This document shows positions 28,892-38,698 of a DNA stretch of 64,000 nucleotides, one piece after another. Below the pieces are notes generated by a model. It was not told the origin of the DNA, did no database searches, and saw only the letters and a program-made list of their open reading frames with translations. The position numbers and the translations under genes were made by a program. Where the stretch lies: the NCBI GenBank assembly GCA_963674855.2, contig CAXXST010000001.1, positions 458,744 through 522,743 on the forward strand, given 5' to 3'. Source of the stretch: Dehalococcoidales bacterium (GTDB taxonomy: Bacteria; Chloroflexota; Dehalococcoidia; Dehalococcoidales; G020351185). Within the stretch, counting starts at the first letter, position 1. Each line of letters starts with the position of its first letter.

Positions 28892-30145
28892 CTACGCCTC
28901 GTTGTATTTCTTAAATATGAGGGTTGAATTATGACCGCCAAAGCCAAAGGAATTGGAAAGGGCGATGTTAACCGGCTTGCGGCGGGCGGTGTTGGGGACA
29001 TAGTCAAGGTCACAATCCGGGTCTGGATCATCAAGATTAATCGTTGGCGGGATAACGCCTTCCTGGATAGCCCTGATGCAGGCGGCTGCCTCTATGGCGC
29101 CGGCGCCGCCGATAAGATGCCCCGTCATAGATTTGGTGGAGCTTACCGGAACTTTGTAGGCGTAATCGCCAAAGACGGTTTTTATAGCCATGGTTTCCAT
29201 TTTGTCATTTAGCGGCGTGGAAGTGCCGTGGGCGTTAATATAGTCAATATCAGTCGGTTTCAAATCTGCCCTGTCCATGGCAAACTGCATAGACCTGGCA
29301 GCGCCTTCGCCGTCGGCAGTTGGTTGGGTAACATGGAAGGCATCAGCAGTTGCGGCATAGGAAATAATCTCTGCCAGGATATTGGCGCCGCGCTTAACGG
29401 CGTGCTTAAGGTTTTCAAGAACAAAGATAGTTGCCCCTTCGCCGATGACAAATCCATCACGGTCAACATCAAAGGGACGTGATGCTTTCTGCGGTTCATC
29501 ATTTCTTGTGGAAAGGGCTTTAAGGGCGTTAAAAGCGGCAAACCCCATGGGACCCATTATGGATTCGCTGCCGCCGGTAAACATGGCAATTGAATCACCG
29601 CGCCTGATAAAATCGTAAGCCGAGCCGATGGAATCAGAGGCGCTGGAGCAGGCGGTAGTGGTGCAAAGGTTGGGGCCCTTAAGCCCCAGCATGATGGATA
29701 CCTGGGCGGCAGCCATATCGGAAATCATCATTGGCGTAAGGAATGGGCTTACCCTGTCGGGCCCCTTTTCCAGCAGAATTTTCATCTGGGTGAAGAGGGT
29801 GGTAAGGCCACCGATTGCGCTGCCGATAATACTGCCGATTTTATTCTGGCTTTGGGGGTTAATGCTGATGCCGGAACTCTCAAGCGCCTGAAAACCGGCG
29901 GCTACCGCAAGCTGGGAAAACCTGTCCATGTGGCGGGCTTCCTTGCGGTTCATATAGTCGGTGGCTTCAAAACCCTTGACCTCGCCGCCGAACTTGGTCT
30001 GAATATCCGTGGTGTCAAAAAGAGTGATGTAGTCAATGCCGGACTTGCCGGCAATCATAGCTTCCCAAGTGGAATCCATATCGGAGCCCAGGGGATTAAA
30101 GGTGCCTATGCCAGTGACTACTACTCTGTTGTTTTCGTAAGACAT
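28892..30145 (-). CDS. fabF: beta-ketoacyl-ACP synthase II
   Basis: 417-aa ORF with active-site Cys in TTACSSASDS, His residues in NAHGTSTP and GHLIGGAG, and a C-terminal SNSFGFGGHN. Confidence 0.95.
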   Translation of the reverse strand: MSYENNRVVVTGIGTFNPLGSDMDSTWEAMIAGKSGIDYITLFDTTDIQTKFGGEVKGFEATDYMNRKEARHMDRFSQLAVAAGFQALESSGISINPQSQNKIGSIIGSAIGGLTTLFTQMKILLEKGPDRVSPFLTPMMISDMAAAQVSIMLGLKGPNLCTTTACSSASDSIGSAYDFIRRGDSIAMFTGGSESIMGPMGFAAFNALKALSTRNDEPQKASRPFDVDRDGFVIGEGATIFVLENLKHAVKRGANILAEIISYAATADAFHVTQPTADGEGAARSMQFAMDRADLKPTDIDYINAHGTSTPLNDKMETMAIKTVFGDYAYKVPVSSTKSMTGHLIGGAGAIEAAACIRAIQEGVIPPTINLDDPDPDCDLDYVPNTARRKPVNIALSNSFGFGGHNSTLIFKKYNEA

Positions 30146-30233
30146 AATAAAATTACAAGAAATAAACCTACTATTTATACCATAAATACACGCTTGACTG
30201 CAAGAAAAAGCCCCCTTTGATATAATTCAATAT

Positions 30234-31499
30234 ATGACTAAAAAAGTGAAATCAAAGAGCGCAGTAGCTATAGAAACGCTGGGATGCAAACTTAACCAGG
30301 CGGAATCAGAGAAACTGGCAGAAGGGCTTGCGAAAGCGGGTTATCGGCTGGTTTCGGATATCAAAGAGGCGGATATATACATACTTAACACCTGCACTGT
30401 TACCCATATCGCAGACCGGAAATCACGCCAGCGTTTGCGTATGGCGCAGCGGCAAAATCCGAAGATTTTACTGGCAGCCATTGGTTGTTATGCCCAACGC
30501 GCCGGAGATGAGCTGGCTGAAATAGGCGGCGTAAAACTGGTGCTGGGTAATGATGAAAAGATGGAACTGCCAAAATTATTGAAAAATATAACTGGTGCAA
30601 CAGAAAATGAAGGATTAAAACAGGGGCATTATTATGCTTTCAGGAGCCGCGCCTTCATAAAGGCGCAGGATGGGTGTAGTAATTTCTGCGCATATTGCAT
30701 AGTGCCGCTTGTAAGAAAAAGGCAATACAGCTTGCCCGCAGAACAAATTGTGGCTGAAATCAGGCAAAAGGTAGAGGCGGGCTATCAGGAGGTGGTGCTG
30801 ACCGGCACTGAAATAGGCTCTTACAGCCATAATGGTTTAAACCTGAAGGATCTGCTGCAAAAAGTGCTGGATGAAACAGAAATAGAGAGGCTGCGGCTGT
30901 CTTCATTGCAACCGAATCATATAACATCAGGGCTTATAGGGTTGTGGCAAAATCCAAGGTTATGCCGTCATTTTCACCTATCACTGCAAAGCGGTAGTGA
31001 TGCCGTGTTGCAAGGAATGCGGCGGCGCTATTCGGTAAAGGACTATGAAAAAGCATTGTCGTTAATACGCTCACAACTGCCGGATGCCGCTTTAACTACA
31101 GATATCATTGTTGGTTTCCCCGGCGAAAATGAGGCGGAATTTGAGGAAAGCCATGACTTCTGCCGAAAAGCCGGGTTCGCCCGTATACACGTGTTTTCAT
31201 ATTCCGTACGCCCCGGCACGGCGGCAGCGGGGATGCCTGCGCAGGTCAGCTCTGAAGTAAAAAAGCAGCGCAGCCGGAAGATGCTGGCTTTGGCGGAAGA
31301 AAGCGCGGAAGGTTTCCGAAGGCGTTTTCTGGGCAGGACAATGACTGTGTTATGGGAGCAGAAAAAGAGAAATATATGGGAAGGACTTACCGGTAATTAT
31401 ATAAGGGTATATACTCGCACCAAAGAAGATTTAACCAGCAGGATAACCGAAGTGAATTTGAAGGAACTATATAAAGACGGGGTGTGGGGCAAAATATAA
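30234..31499 (+). CDS. mtaB: tRNA (t6A37) methylthiotransferase MtaB
   Basis: 421-aa ORF with an N-terminal UPF0004 domain (ETLGCKLNQAES), the radical-SAM motif CSNFCAYCIVP and a C-terminal TRAM-like domain. Confidence 0.88.
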   Translation: MTKKVKSKSAVAIETLGCKLNQAESEKLAEGLAKAGYRLVSDIKEADIYILNTCTVTHIADRKSRQRLRMAQRQNPKILLAAIGCYAQRAGDELAEIGGVKLVLGNDEKMELPKLLKNITGATENEGLKQGHYYAFRSRAFIKAQDGCSNFCAYCIVPLVRKRQYSLPAEQIVAEIRQKVEAGYQEVVLTGTEIGSYSHNGLNLKDLLQKVLDETEIERLRLSSLQPNHITSGLIGLWQNPRLCRHFHLSLQSGSDAVLQGMRRRYSVKDYEKALSLIRSQLPDAALTTDIIVGFPGENEAEFEESHDFCRKAGFARIHVFSYSVRPGTAAAGMPAQVSSEVKKQRSRKMLALAEESAEGFRRRFLGRTMTVLWEQKKRNIWEGLTGNYIRVYTRTKEDLTSRITEVNLKELYKDGVWGKI

Positions 31500-31728
31500 G
31501 CCTGTATCACAGAATCAAAATATTTGAATTCTGTCTTAAGAAACTGCAATTCCGCCATACAGGCGGACTTATCAGCCTCAGGGAGATGGCGCGCCGGAAT
31601 TGATAACAAGTCCGGTAACCAGAATGACAACGGCAAGTATAAATACACCAACTCCTATTATTCTACCCATAAGAAAATAATAGGCTATTCCGGTAAGGCT
31701 GTATGTGACAATAGTCGCATTTAAAAAA

Positions 31729-31804
31729 TGGCGCGCCCGGGGGGATTCGAACCCACGACACCCGGTTCCGAAGACCGGTGCTCTGTCCGCTGAGCTACAG
31801 GCGC
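31729..31804 (-). tRNA. tRNA-Arg (anticodon TCG), CCA encoded
   Basis: Acceptor GCGCCTG/CGGGCGC, D arm GCTC..GAGC, anticodon stem CCGGT/ACCGG with loop CTTCGGA, and T loop TTCGAAT. The T stem has one mismatch. Confidence 0.85.
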
Positions 31805-32022
31805 ATTGTATAATTAAGGCATGCAACAGCGGGGATGTCAAGTAAAATCCGAATTGCTTATTTATATTCAATGTTTTTGTTAATATAGCTTTTATTCCCT
31901 GGCTTGTCTGCCATTGAAAACAGAATAGTAAATAGAAAGCCTGCCGAGGGCGGGTGGGCAGTGAAAAAGAAAAGATAATAAAGAACGCAAGTGGAAAAAG
32001 GGATTACAAAAGAAAGAAATAT

Positions 32023-32099
32023 TGGGGTGAGTGAAGGGATTTGAACCCTCGATCTCCAGGGCCACAACCTGGCGCCTTAACCGCTAGGCCACACTCACC
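32023..32099 (-). tRNA. tRNA-His (anticodon GTG) with encoded G-1 and CCA
   Basis: An extra 5' G pairs with discriminator C. Acceptor GTGAGTG/CACTCAC, anticodon stem CCAGG/CCTGG with loop TTGTGGC, and T loop TTCAAAT. Confidence 0.9.
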
Positions 32100-32154
32100 G
32101 CGTAAAGCCATTATAGCCGAAAATACAGGTCTCTTTCAATGCAATGGCGGCTTA

Positions 32155-32433
32155 TCAACGGTAAACAAGCTCTACAATAGTGACGCCGGCATCACCTTCA
32201 CCATGTTCACCTGGGCGGTAAGATTGCACAAGCGGGTGCTTCTTGAGTTCATTACGCACAAAATTACGTAAAACGCCTGTTCCCTTGCCATGTACGATTC
32301 TTATCTGAACAAATCCGCGCATAAAGGCATCGTCAAGGTATTTATCCAGCTTAAGGCGAGCCTCTTCAATTGTAAGGTGGCGCAGGTACAGCTCATTCTC
32401 CATAGAAGACCGGTTGATTTTATCATCATACAT
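32155..32433 (-). CDS. Smr (small MutS-related) domain protein
   Basis: Contains the Smr signature IRIVHGKGTGVLR. I preferred the internal Met at 32433 (92 aa) over the track start at 32460. Confidence 0.8.
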   Translation of the reverse strand: MYDDKINRSSMENELYLRHLTIEEARLKLDKYLDDAFMRGFVQIRIVHGKGTGVLRNFVRNELKKHPLVQSYRPGEHGEGDAGVTIVELVYR

Positions 32434-32524
32434 TGCAAAGCCTCTCTTAAATACTAGCACTTTTGTTTAAAAAACCACAAACAAGGGAGCAATCCTGAAA
32501 AAGGTATAAAGATAACCAAAAGTA

Positions 32525-32553
32525 TTGACGCGGAATATGAAAATACTTATAAT
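32525..32553 (+). promoter_or_regulatory. candidate promoter of the GltB-like/nrpR unit
   Basis: TTGACG, a 17-nt spacer, then TATAAT, about 215 nt upstream of the ATG at 32769. This implies a long 5' leader. Confidence 0.4.
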
Positions 32554-32768
32554 ACGGCAGGAATACGGCAAGTGTATGCCATATACTGAAACAAGTTCCG
32601 GCATTTCTTTTTACATCTGTTTACAGGCAAACGCTGAAAAAATAATTGATAAAATGCGGCAGGGCGGGGTGGCGGTTTCAGCACAAGATTTCAGCAGAAA
32701 ATAACCTCCGGGCAGAAATCCCCGGAGTAAATATATAACAATGGCTAAAACAGAAAAAAAGGAGAAGT

Positions 32769-34361
32769 ATGAACCTGCAAAGACCAAATGCAAACGATGC
32801 CACCCAAACCGCCAACCGCTCCAAGAGCGTAGTGCCGATGAGCGGGATATGCAGCCGCTGTGTTGATGGCTGTACCGGCAACTGCGAAATTTTCAAATCC
32901 ACCTTTCGCGGAAGAGAATTAATCTATCCGGGACCATTCGGTGATGTAGTCGCCGGCGCTGATAAAGACTATCCGGTGGATTATTCTCACTTCAGCATAC
33001 ACGGCTATGCCATGGGCGCCAACGGGCTTCCCGAAGGCGTGGTTGGAGACCCGGATACGGCAACCTTCCCGGCAGTGAATACAGAGACGGATTATGGCTG
33101 GGACAAGAAAGTTAAGATGACGGTGCCTATTTTTACAGGCGCATTAGGCTCAACGGAAATCGCCCGTAAAAACTGGGAACATTTTGCCATCGGCGCTGCC
33201 ATCAGCGGCGTAACACTGGTGTGCGGCGAAAACGTCTGCGGTATTGATCCGCAACTGGAACGTAACAAGGACGGCAAGGTAACCAAGGCGCCGGATATGG
33301 ACAGGCGGATAGAGATATACCGCCGGTATCATCGCGGCTATGGTGAGATACTGGTGCAGATGAACGTGGAGGACACGCGGTTGGGTGTGGGCGAATATGT
33401 CATAGAAAAACACGGACTGGATACCATAGAGCTTAAGTGGGGGCAGGGCGCAAAGTGCATCGGCGGCGAGATAAAAGTAGGCAGCCTGGAGCGCGCTTTG
33501 GAACTGCAGAAGCGCGGCTATATTGTTACCCCGGACCCTTCAGACCCAGTCAATCAGGCAGCCTTTAAAGACGGCGCACTAAAAGAGTTTGAAAGGCACA
33601 GCCGCCTTGGCTTCATAGATGAAGAAGGTTTCTACAATGAAGTGCAGCGTTTAAGGGATATGGGTTTCAAGCGTATAACACTGAAAACCGGCGCTTACGG
33701 AATGCGTGAACTGGCGATGGCAATTAAGTGGAGTTCAAAAGCTAAGATAGACCTGCTTACCATAGACGGCGCCCCCGGCGGAACTGGCATGAGTCCCTGG
33801 CGCATGATGGAAGAATGGGGTGTCCCCAGCGTTTACCTTCATTCAGCGGCTTACAAGTTCGCCAAAAAACTGGCAGATAAGGGAGAACGCGTGCCGGATA
33901 TGGCATTCGCCGGTGGCTTCAGCACCGAAGACCATGTTTTCAAGGCGATAGCATTGGGCGCGCCTTTCACAAAAGCGGTCTGTATGGGCAGGGCATTGAT
34001 GATTCCGGGTATGGTTGGCAAGAATATAGCCAAATGGATGGAAAAGGGCAAGTTGCCCAATACCGTCGGGCAGTTCGGCTCTACGGTGGAAGAAATATTC
34101 GTGAACTACGAAGACGTTAAAAATATCGTCGGCAGCAATGAAATAAAGAACATACCGCTGGGAGCCATCGGTATATACAGCTACAGCGAAAAGATAAGAA
34201 TAGGCTTGCAGCAGCTTATGGCTGGCGCGCGCTGCTTCAGCATACCGGCGATAGAGAGAAAAGAGCTGATGTCGTTGACGGAAGAGTGTGCTAAAATATC
34301 CGGCATACCCTATGTAATGGAAGACCGCCTTGAAGAGGCTATGAAGATTATAGAGAGCTAA
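32769..34361 (+). CDS. glutamate synthase-related FMN-binding protein (archaeal-type GltB domain-2 homolog)
   Basis: 530-aa ORF with an N-terminal Cys cluster CSRCVDGCTGNC and a TIM-barrel GltS FMN-domain pattern (GALG, KWGQGAK, IDGAPGGTG, AFAGG). It has no amidotransferase domain. Confidence 0.82.
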   Translation: MNLQRPNANDATQTANRSKSVVPMSGICSRCVDGCTGNCEIFKSTFRGRELIYPGPFGDVVAGADKDYPVDYSHFSIHGYAMGANGLPEGVVGDPDTATFPAVNTETDYGWDKKVKMTVPIFTGALGSTEIARKNWEHFAIGAAISGVTLVCGENVCGIDPQLERNKDGKVTKAPDMDRRIEIYRRYHRGYGEILVQMNVEDTRLGVGEYVIEKHGLDTIELKWGQGAKCIGGEIKVGSLERALELQKRGYIVTPDPSDPVNQAAFKDGALKEFERHSRLGFIDEEGFYNEVQRLRDMGFKRITLKTGAYGMRELAMAIKWSSKAKIDLLTIDGAPGGTGMSPWRMMEEWGVPSVYLHSAAYKFAKKLADKGERVPDMAFAGGFSTEDHVFKAIALGAPFTKAVCMGRALMIPGMVGKNIAKWMEKGKLPNTVGQFGSTVEEIFVNYEDVKNIVGSNEIKNIPLGAIGIYSYSEKIRIGLQQLMAGARCFSIPAIERKELMSLTEECAKISGIPYVMEDRLEEAMKIIES

Positions 34362-34376
34362 AGTATAAAGGAACAG

Positions 34377-35405
34377 GTGGTAACGGATAAGAGGAATGGT
34401 CTTATGATAGGCCAGGAAGACAGGGAAGTTGAAAGGGCAAAGATAGCCATTCTGGCTATTCTGGCTGATTCGCAGAACGCAGTCGGCGGGCATGTGATTG
34501 CCCGCCGACTGAAGAACGACTATGGCATAGCCCTTTCCGAAAGGGCGGTCCGCTATCACCTCAAGCTGCTGGATGAGCGTGGTTTAACCAGCAAGGTGAG
34601 CCGCCGGGACGGACGCAGCATAACACCGCAGGGGCAAGAGGAGCTGAAAAACGCAATGGTAGCTGATAAAGTGGGCTTTGTTATAGATAAAATAGAGTTG
34701 CTGGCTTATCAGGCATCATTTGATATCAAGAGGTGCACTGGAAAAGTACCGGTGAATATATCGGTATTCAAGAAGCAAGAGTTTAAGGTCGCGCTAAGGG
34801 AGATGGAGGCTGCCTTTAAAAGCGGGCTGGGAGTAAGCCGGCTGGTGGAGGTGGCAGAAGAAGGCGAAAAGCTGGGTGACATATTGATACCACCGGGAAG
34901 CATCGGCATGGCTACTGTTTGCAGCGTTATAATAAACGGAGCTTTGTTGAAAGAGGGTATTCCCATGGATTCAAGGTTCGGCGGTATATTGCAATTGCGG
35001 AATAACCAGCCCTGGCGCTTCAGCGAACTTATAGAATACGCCGGTTCTTCGTTGGATCCCTCAGAGATTTTTATTACCAGCCGGATGACCAGCGTAAAGG
35101 AAGTGCTTAAAAATGGTAATGGTAAGATACTGGCTAACTTCCGGGAGATTCCGGCGGTGTGTGTTCCGGCAGCCGAAAAAATATTCAAAAAACTTGCAGC
35201 AGCCGGTATAGATGGTTTGATAACGATGGGAGAGCCGGGAAAACCGGTATGTGAGATGCCGGTGGGGCGCAACAAGGTAGGAATTATATTAATCGGTGGC
35301 TTGAACCCTGTGGCGGCGGCTGCTGAAGCCGGCATAGAGGTATCCAACAGGGCTATGAGCCGACTGATTGAATATGAGGAATTAAAGAGCTTTACGGAAC
35401 TGTAA
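34377..35405 (+). CDS. nrpR: NrpR-type regulator (winged HTH plus DUF128 regulatory domains)
   Basis: 342-aa ORF with an N-terminal wHTH (ILAILADS..VGGHVIARRL......SERAVRYHLKLLDERGL) followed by two DUF128-like repeats, as in the methanogen nitrogen repressor NrpR. Confidence 0.78.
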   Translation: MVTDKRNGLMIGQEDREVERAKIAILAILADSQNAVGGHVIARRLKNDYGIALSERAVRYHLKLLDERGLTSKVSRRDGRSITPQGQEELKNAMVADKVGFVIDKIELLAYQASFDIKRCTGKVPVNISVFKKQEFKVALREMEAAFKSGLGVSRLVEVAEEGEKLGDILIPPGSIGMATVCSVIINGALLKEGIPMDSRFGGILQLRNNQPWRFSELIEYAGSSLDPSEIFITSRMTSVKEVLKNGNGKILANFREIPAVCVPAAEKIFKKLAAAGIDGLITMGEPGKPVCEMPVGRNKVGIILIGGLNPVAAAAEAGIEVSNRAMSRLIEYEELKSFTEL

Positions 35406-35415
35406 CAAAGGAAAG

Positions 35416-35460
35416 GGCGGCTGTTTCATTGCTTTTCAGAAACATTGCCGCCTTTAATTA
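35416..35460 (+). terminator. intrinsic terminator-like hairpin after nrpR
   Basis: GGCGGCTGTTTC-loop-GAAACAttGCCGCC forms 12 bp with a 2-nt bulge and is followed by TTTAATT. Confidence 0.55.
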
Positions 35461-35602
35461 TGCCCATTTTTAAAGCATATGCCTATTGCTGCAATGACTG
35501 TTGTGCTATAGTAAAACCGTTAAACAGAGTTTTAAGGCGAAAGAACCAGAGAAAAGTTTGAGCAAATAAAGCAGGATTTGAAAAAAAAGGAAACAAAGTA
35601 AA

Positions 35603-38080
35603 TTGCCGCAGCAAAGCAAAAAACAGAAGTATAAAAAGGCGGCGGTAAGCATTGCCGGTATGCACTGCGCCAGTTGCGCTGTTAACATAGAAAAAGGATT
35701 GGCGATGCTGCCCGGTGTCCGGCAGGCAAGGGTGAATTACGCCTCTGAAAAAGCCTTTGTGGAATATGACCCCGCTGAAACAAGCCTTGTTAAAATAAGA
35801 AATGCCATTTTGGGCGCGGGCTATGAAGCTGCCACAAAGAAATCTGCTTTTCCGGTAAAGGGAATGCATTGCGCTTCCTGCGTTTCGCGCGTTGGAAAAG
35901 CCATCGGTAACGTTCCCGGCGTGGTATCAGCCAGCGTTAACCTGGCGACTGAAAAAGCCATCGTAGAATACATAGAAGGCACAGAAACGGCAGAGATTAA
36001 AGCGGCAGTAAAAGACGCCGGATTTGAGGTCGGTCCGGAGGCGGAAAGCCTGGAAGACGTAGGTGTAACCGCCGCCCGTGAGATAAAAGCGATAAGAAAC
36101 CGTTTCATAATGGCGGTGGTGCTGGGTGGCATTATAATGGCTGTAAGCATGCTCACCCCGGACTTTTCCGGCAAACCGTATATATTATGGGCTTTGGCAA
36201 CACCGGTGCAGTTCTGGGCGGGGCTGCGTTTCTACAAAGGCTTCTGGGGAGCGCTGAAACACCGCACCGCCGATATGAATACCTTGATTGCCGTTGGCAC
36301 TTCGGCGGCATATTTCTACAGTGTGGTTGCCGTATTATTCCCGGGGGCGTTCATAAGCGGTGTTATAGAACCGCACCTTTATTTTGATACCTCGGCGATG
36401 ATTATCGCCCTTATCCTGCTGGGGCGCTTTCTGGAAGCGCGGGCAAAGGGGCAGACATCGCAGGCTATAAAAAAACTGATAGGCTTGAAGCCGAAGACGG
36501 CGCTGGTTATAAAAGACGGACAGGAGACAGAGGTGGCGGTGGATGATGTGCAGCCGGGAGATATTATACTTGTGCGCGCCGGTGAAAGGGTGCCGGTGGA
36601 CGGCATAATCCGCAAGGGTTATTCAAGCGTTGATGAATCAATGATTACCGGCGAAAGCATACCGATGGAAAAAAAGGTTGGCGATGAAGTTGTCGGCGCT
36701 TCCATAAACAAAACCGGAAGCTTCCAGTTTGAAGCCACCAGGGTAGGTGAAAACACAACGCTGGCGCAGATAATAAAGCTGGTAGAGGAAGCCCAGGGCA
36801 GTAAAGCCCCCATTCAAAGGCTGGCGGATATAGTCGTCAGCTACTTTGTGCCCACTGTAATAACCATAGCTATTATTACTTTTATAATCTGGTATTTTGC
36901 CGGGCCGCCGCCGGCGCTTACCTTTGCCATCCTCAACTTTGTGGCTGTGCTTATAATCGCCTGTCCCTGCGCTCTTGGACTGGCAACGCCGACGGCAATA
37001 ATCGTTGGCACCGGCAAGGGGGCGGAATACGGTGTGCTTATCAGAAGCGCCGAAACACTGGAGAAGGCAAAACAGGTAAATACGATACTGCTGGATAAAA
37101 CCGGCACGCTGACAGTTGGCGAACCAAAGGTAACAAATATAAAAACCATAGGGAAATATTCAGGCGAAGACGTATTAAGGCTGGCAGCGGCAGCCGAAAG
37201 AGGCTCTGAACACCCGTTGGGTGAAGCCATAATAAAAGCCGCCAAAAAGAAGAAGATTGAAGTAGGGCAGGCAGAAAAGTTCAATGTGCTGCCGGGGCAC
37301 GGCATAGAAGCCGCCGTTAACGGCAAAAATATATTACTGGGAAACCTGAAGCTTATGCAGGACAGGAAAGTGTTGTTGAACGGCATGGAAAAAGAAGCCT
37401 CAAAGATGTGGGCGATGGGGAAAACGGTGATGTTCCTGGGGGTTGATGGGCAGGCGGTTGGTTTGATTGCGCTGGCGGATACCATTAAACCGAAAGCCAA
37501 AGAGGCATTGAAAAAGCTGCATGGGATGGGTATAGAAATGGTGATGATAACCGGAGACAACAAGCGCACCGCCGAAGCAATCGCCAGGCAGCTTGGCATA
37601 GACCGTGTCTTATCAGAAGTATTGCCGAAACACAAGGCACAGGAAGTAAAGAAAATGCAGCAGGCGGGCAGGGTGGTGGCGATGGTGGGTGACGGAATAA
37701 ACGATGCCCCGGCGCTGGCGCAGGCGGACATTGGTATTGCAATCGGCACGGGGACGGATATCGCCGTGGAAACAGGTGACATAACGTTGATAAGCGGCGA
37801 CCTGAACGGCATAGCCACTGCCATATTGTTAAGCAAGCGAACAATGCGCACCATAAAACAAAACCTGTTCTGGGCTTTCGCTTATAACGCGGCGCTGATA
37901 CCGGTGTCTGCCGGTATCCTTTATCTGGTGTTTCAGAATAGCGGTGTGCCGCCAAGCCTTAACTTTATACTGGGTGACTACGGCTTTTTGAATCCTATAA
38001 TGGCGGCGGCGGCAATGGCGGTCAGCTCTCTTACTGTTGTATCCAATTCGCTGCGCCTGCGGCGATTCAAACCCCTGTAA
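35603..38080 (+). CDS. copA: copper-translocating P1B-type ATPase
   Basis: 825-aa ORF with a TTG start. It has two N-terminal HMA domains (GMHCASC twice), the TM CPC motif ([12 protein letters not shown]), DKTGTLT and GDGINDAP. Confidence 0.94.
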   Translation: MPQQSKKQKYKKAAVSIAGMHCASCAVNIEKGLAMLPGVRQARVNYASEKAFVEYDPAETSLVKIRNAILGAGYEAATKKSAFPVKGMHCASCVSRVGKAIGNVPGVVSASVNLATEKAIVEYIEGTETAEIKAAVKDAGFEVGPEAESLEDVGVTAAREIKAIRNRFIMAVVLGGIIMAVSMLTPDFSGKPYILWALATPVQFWAGLRFYKGFWGALKHRTADMNTLIAVGTSAAYFYSVVAVLFPGAFISGVIEPHLYFDTSAMIIALILLGRFLEARAKGQTSQAIKKLIGLKPKTALVIKDGQETEVAVDDVQPGDIILVRAGERVPVDGIIRKGYSSVDESMITGESIPMEKKVGDEVVGASINKTGSFQFEATRVGENTTLAQIIKLVEEAQGSKAPIQRLADIVVSYFVPTVITIAIITFIIWYFAGPPPALTFAILNFVAVLIIACPCALGLATPTAIIVGTGKGAEYGVLIRSAETLEKAKQVNTILLDKTGTLTVGEPKVTNIKTIGKYSGEDVLRLAAAAERGSEHPLGEAIIKAAKKKKIEVGQAEKFNVLPGHGIEAAVNGKNILLGNLKLMQDRKVLLNGMEKEASKMWAMGKTVMFLGVDGQAVGLIALADTIKPKAKEALKKLHGMGIEMVMITGDNKRTAEAIARQLGIDRVLSEVLPKHKAQEVKKMQQAGRVVAMVGDGINDAPALAQADIGIAIGTGTDIAVETGDITLISGDLNGIATAILLSKRTMRTIKQNLFWAFAYNAALIPVSAGILYLVFQNSGVPPSLNFILGDYGFLNPIMAAAAMAVSSLTVVSNSLRLRRFKPL

Positions 38081-38095
38081 AAAGGAGGGAACGAT

Positions 38096-38689
38096 ATGGA
38101 AGAAGAGATTATAATCAGCCCGGATACGAAAAGGGAAAACAGGGTCCCGCCGGGGCAGAGGCTTACCGATGACTGGCCGGTGCTGCAGCACGGGGATATC
38201 CCCCGCATAAAGCCGGAAGACTGGCGTTTTAAAATATCCGGTTTGGTGAAGCAGCAGAAAGAGATGTCTTACGAAGAGTTTACTATGCTGGAACAGGTGA
38301 AGGTATTTTCGGATATCCATTGCGTAACAACCTGGTCAAAAAAGGACAACTTGTGGGAAGGACCCAGCTCAAGGATTGTAACGGAACTGGTGCAGGTTTT
38401 GCCGGAAGCAAAGTTTGTCATAATACATGCCGCCGGTGGGTTTACCACAAACCTGAAGATAGAAGATTTTCTTGAAAAAGATGTTCTTTTCGCGTTGAAG
38501 CATAACAATAAAGGGATGACACCTGAACACGGACACCCGGTAAGGCTGGTTGTTCCCCGGCTTTATTTCTGGAAGAGCGCCAAGTGGGTAAACGGCATAG
38601 AGTTTACTGCCGAAGACAGACCCGGTTTCTGGGAGAGCCACGGATATCACAACCGCGGCAATCCGTGGGCAGAGGAACGCTACGGCTAG
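38096..38689 (+). CDS. sulfite-oxidase-family molybdopterin oxidoreductase (small YedY/MsrP-like catalytic domain)
   Basis: 197-aa ORF with Mo-ligand Cys context DIHCVTTWS and the motifs HGHPVRLVVP and YFWKSAKWV. It begins 15 nt after the copA stop. Confidence 0.8.
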   Translation: MEEEIIISPDTKRENRVPPGQRLTDDWPVLQHGDIPRIKPEDWRFKISGLVKQQKEMSYEEFTMLEQVKVFSDIHCVTTWSKKDNLWEGPSSRIVTELVQVLPEAKFVIIHAAGGFTTNLKIEDFLEKDVLFALKHNNKGMTPEHGHPVRLVVPRLYFWKSAKWVNGIEFTAEDRPGFWESHGYHNRGNPWAEERYG

Positions 38690-38698
38690 AAGCAATAA

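Noticed and set aside
31578-32067. Track ORFs at 31578..31871 and 31858..32067 lie on the minus strand, and a possible 30-aa TM peptide lies at 31578..31670.
   Set aside because: Both ORFs run through the tRNA-Arg and tRNA-His genes. The 30-aa peptide has no SD and no supporting evidence.
32461-32768. I searched for the methanogen NrpR operator GGAA-N6-TTCC upstream of the GltB-like gene.
   Set aside because: I found no exact match by eye, only GGAATA repeats and unrelated dyads. I therefore make no operator call.
33843-34559. A 238-aa minus-strand ORF spans the junction of the GltB-like gene and nrpR.
   Set aside because: It is antisense to two well-supported genes and has a Tyr/Phe/His-rich composition typical of artefacts.
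36841-37854. A 337-aa minus-strand ORF lies inside copA, and a 156-aa ORF lies at 37485..37955.
   Set aside because: They are antisense to a P-type ATPase with all its signature motifs intact. Their composition is typical of a reverse-frame artefact.
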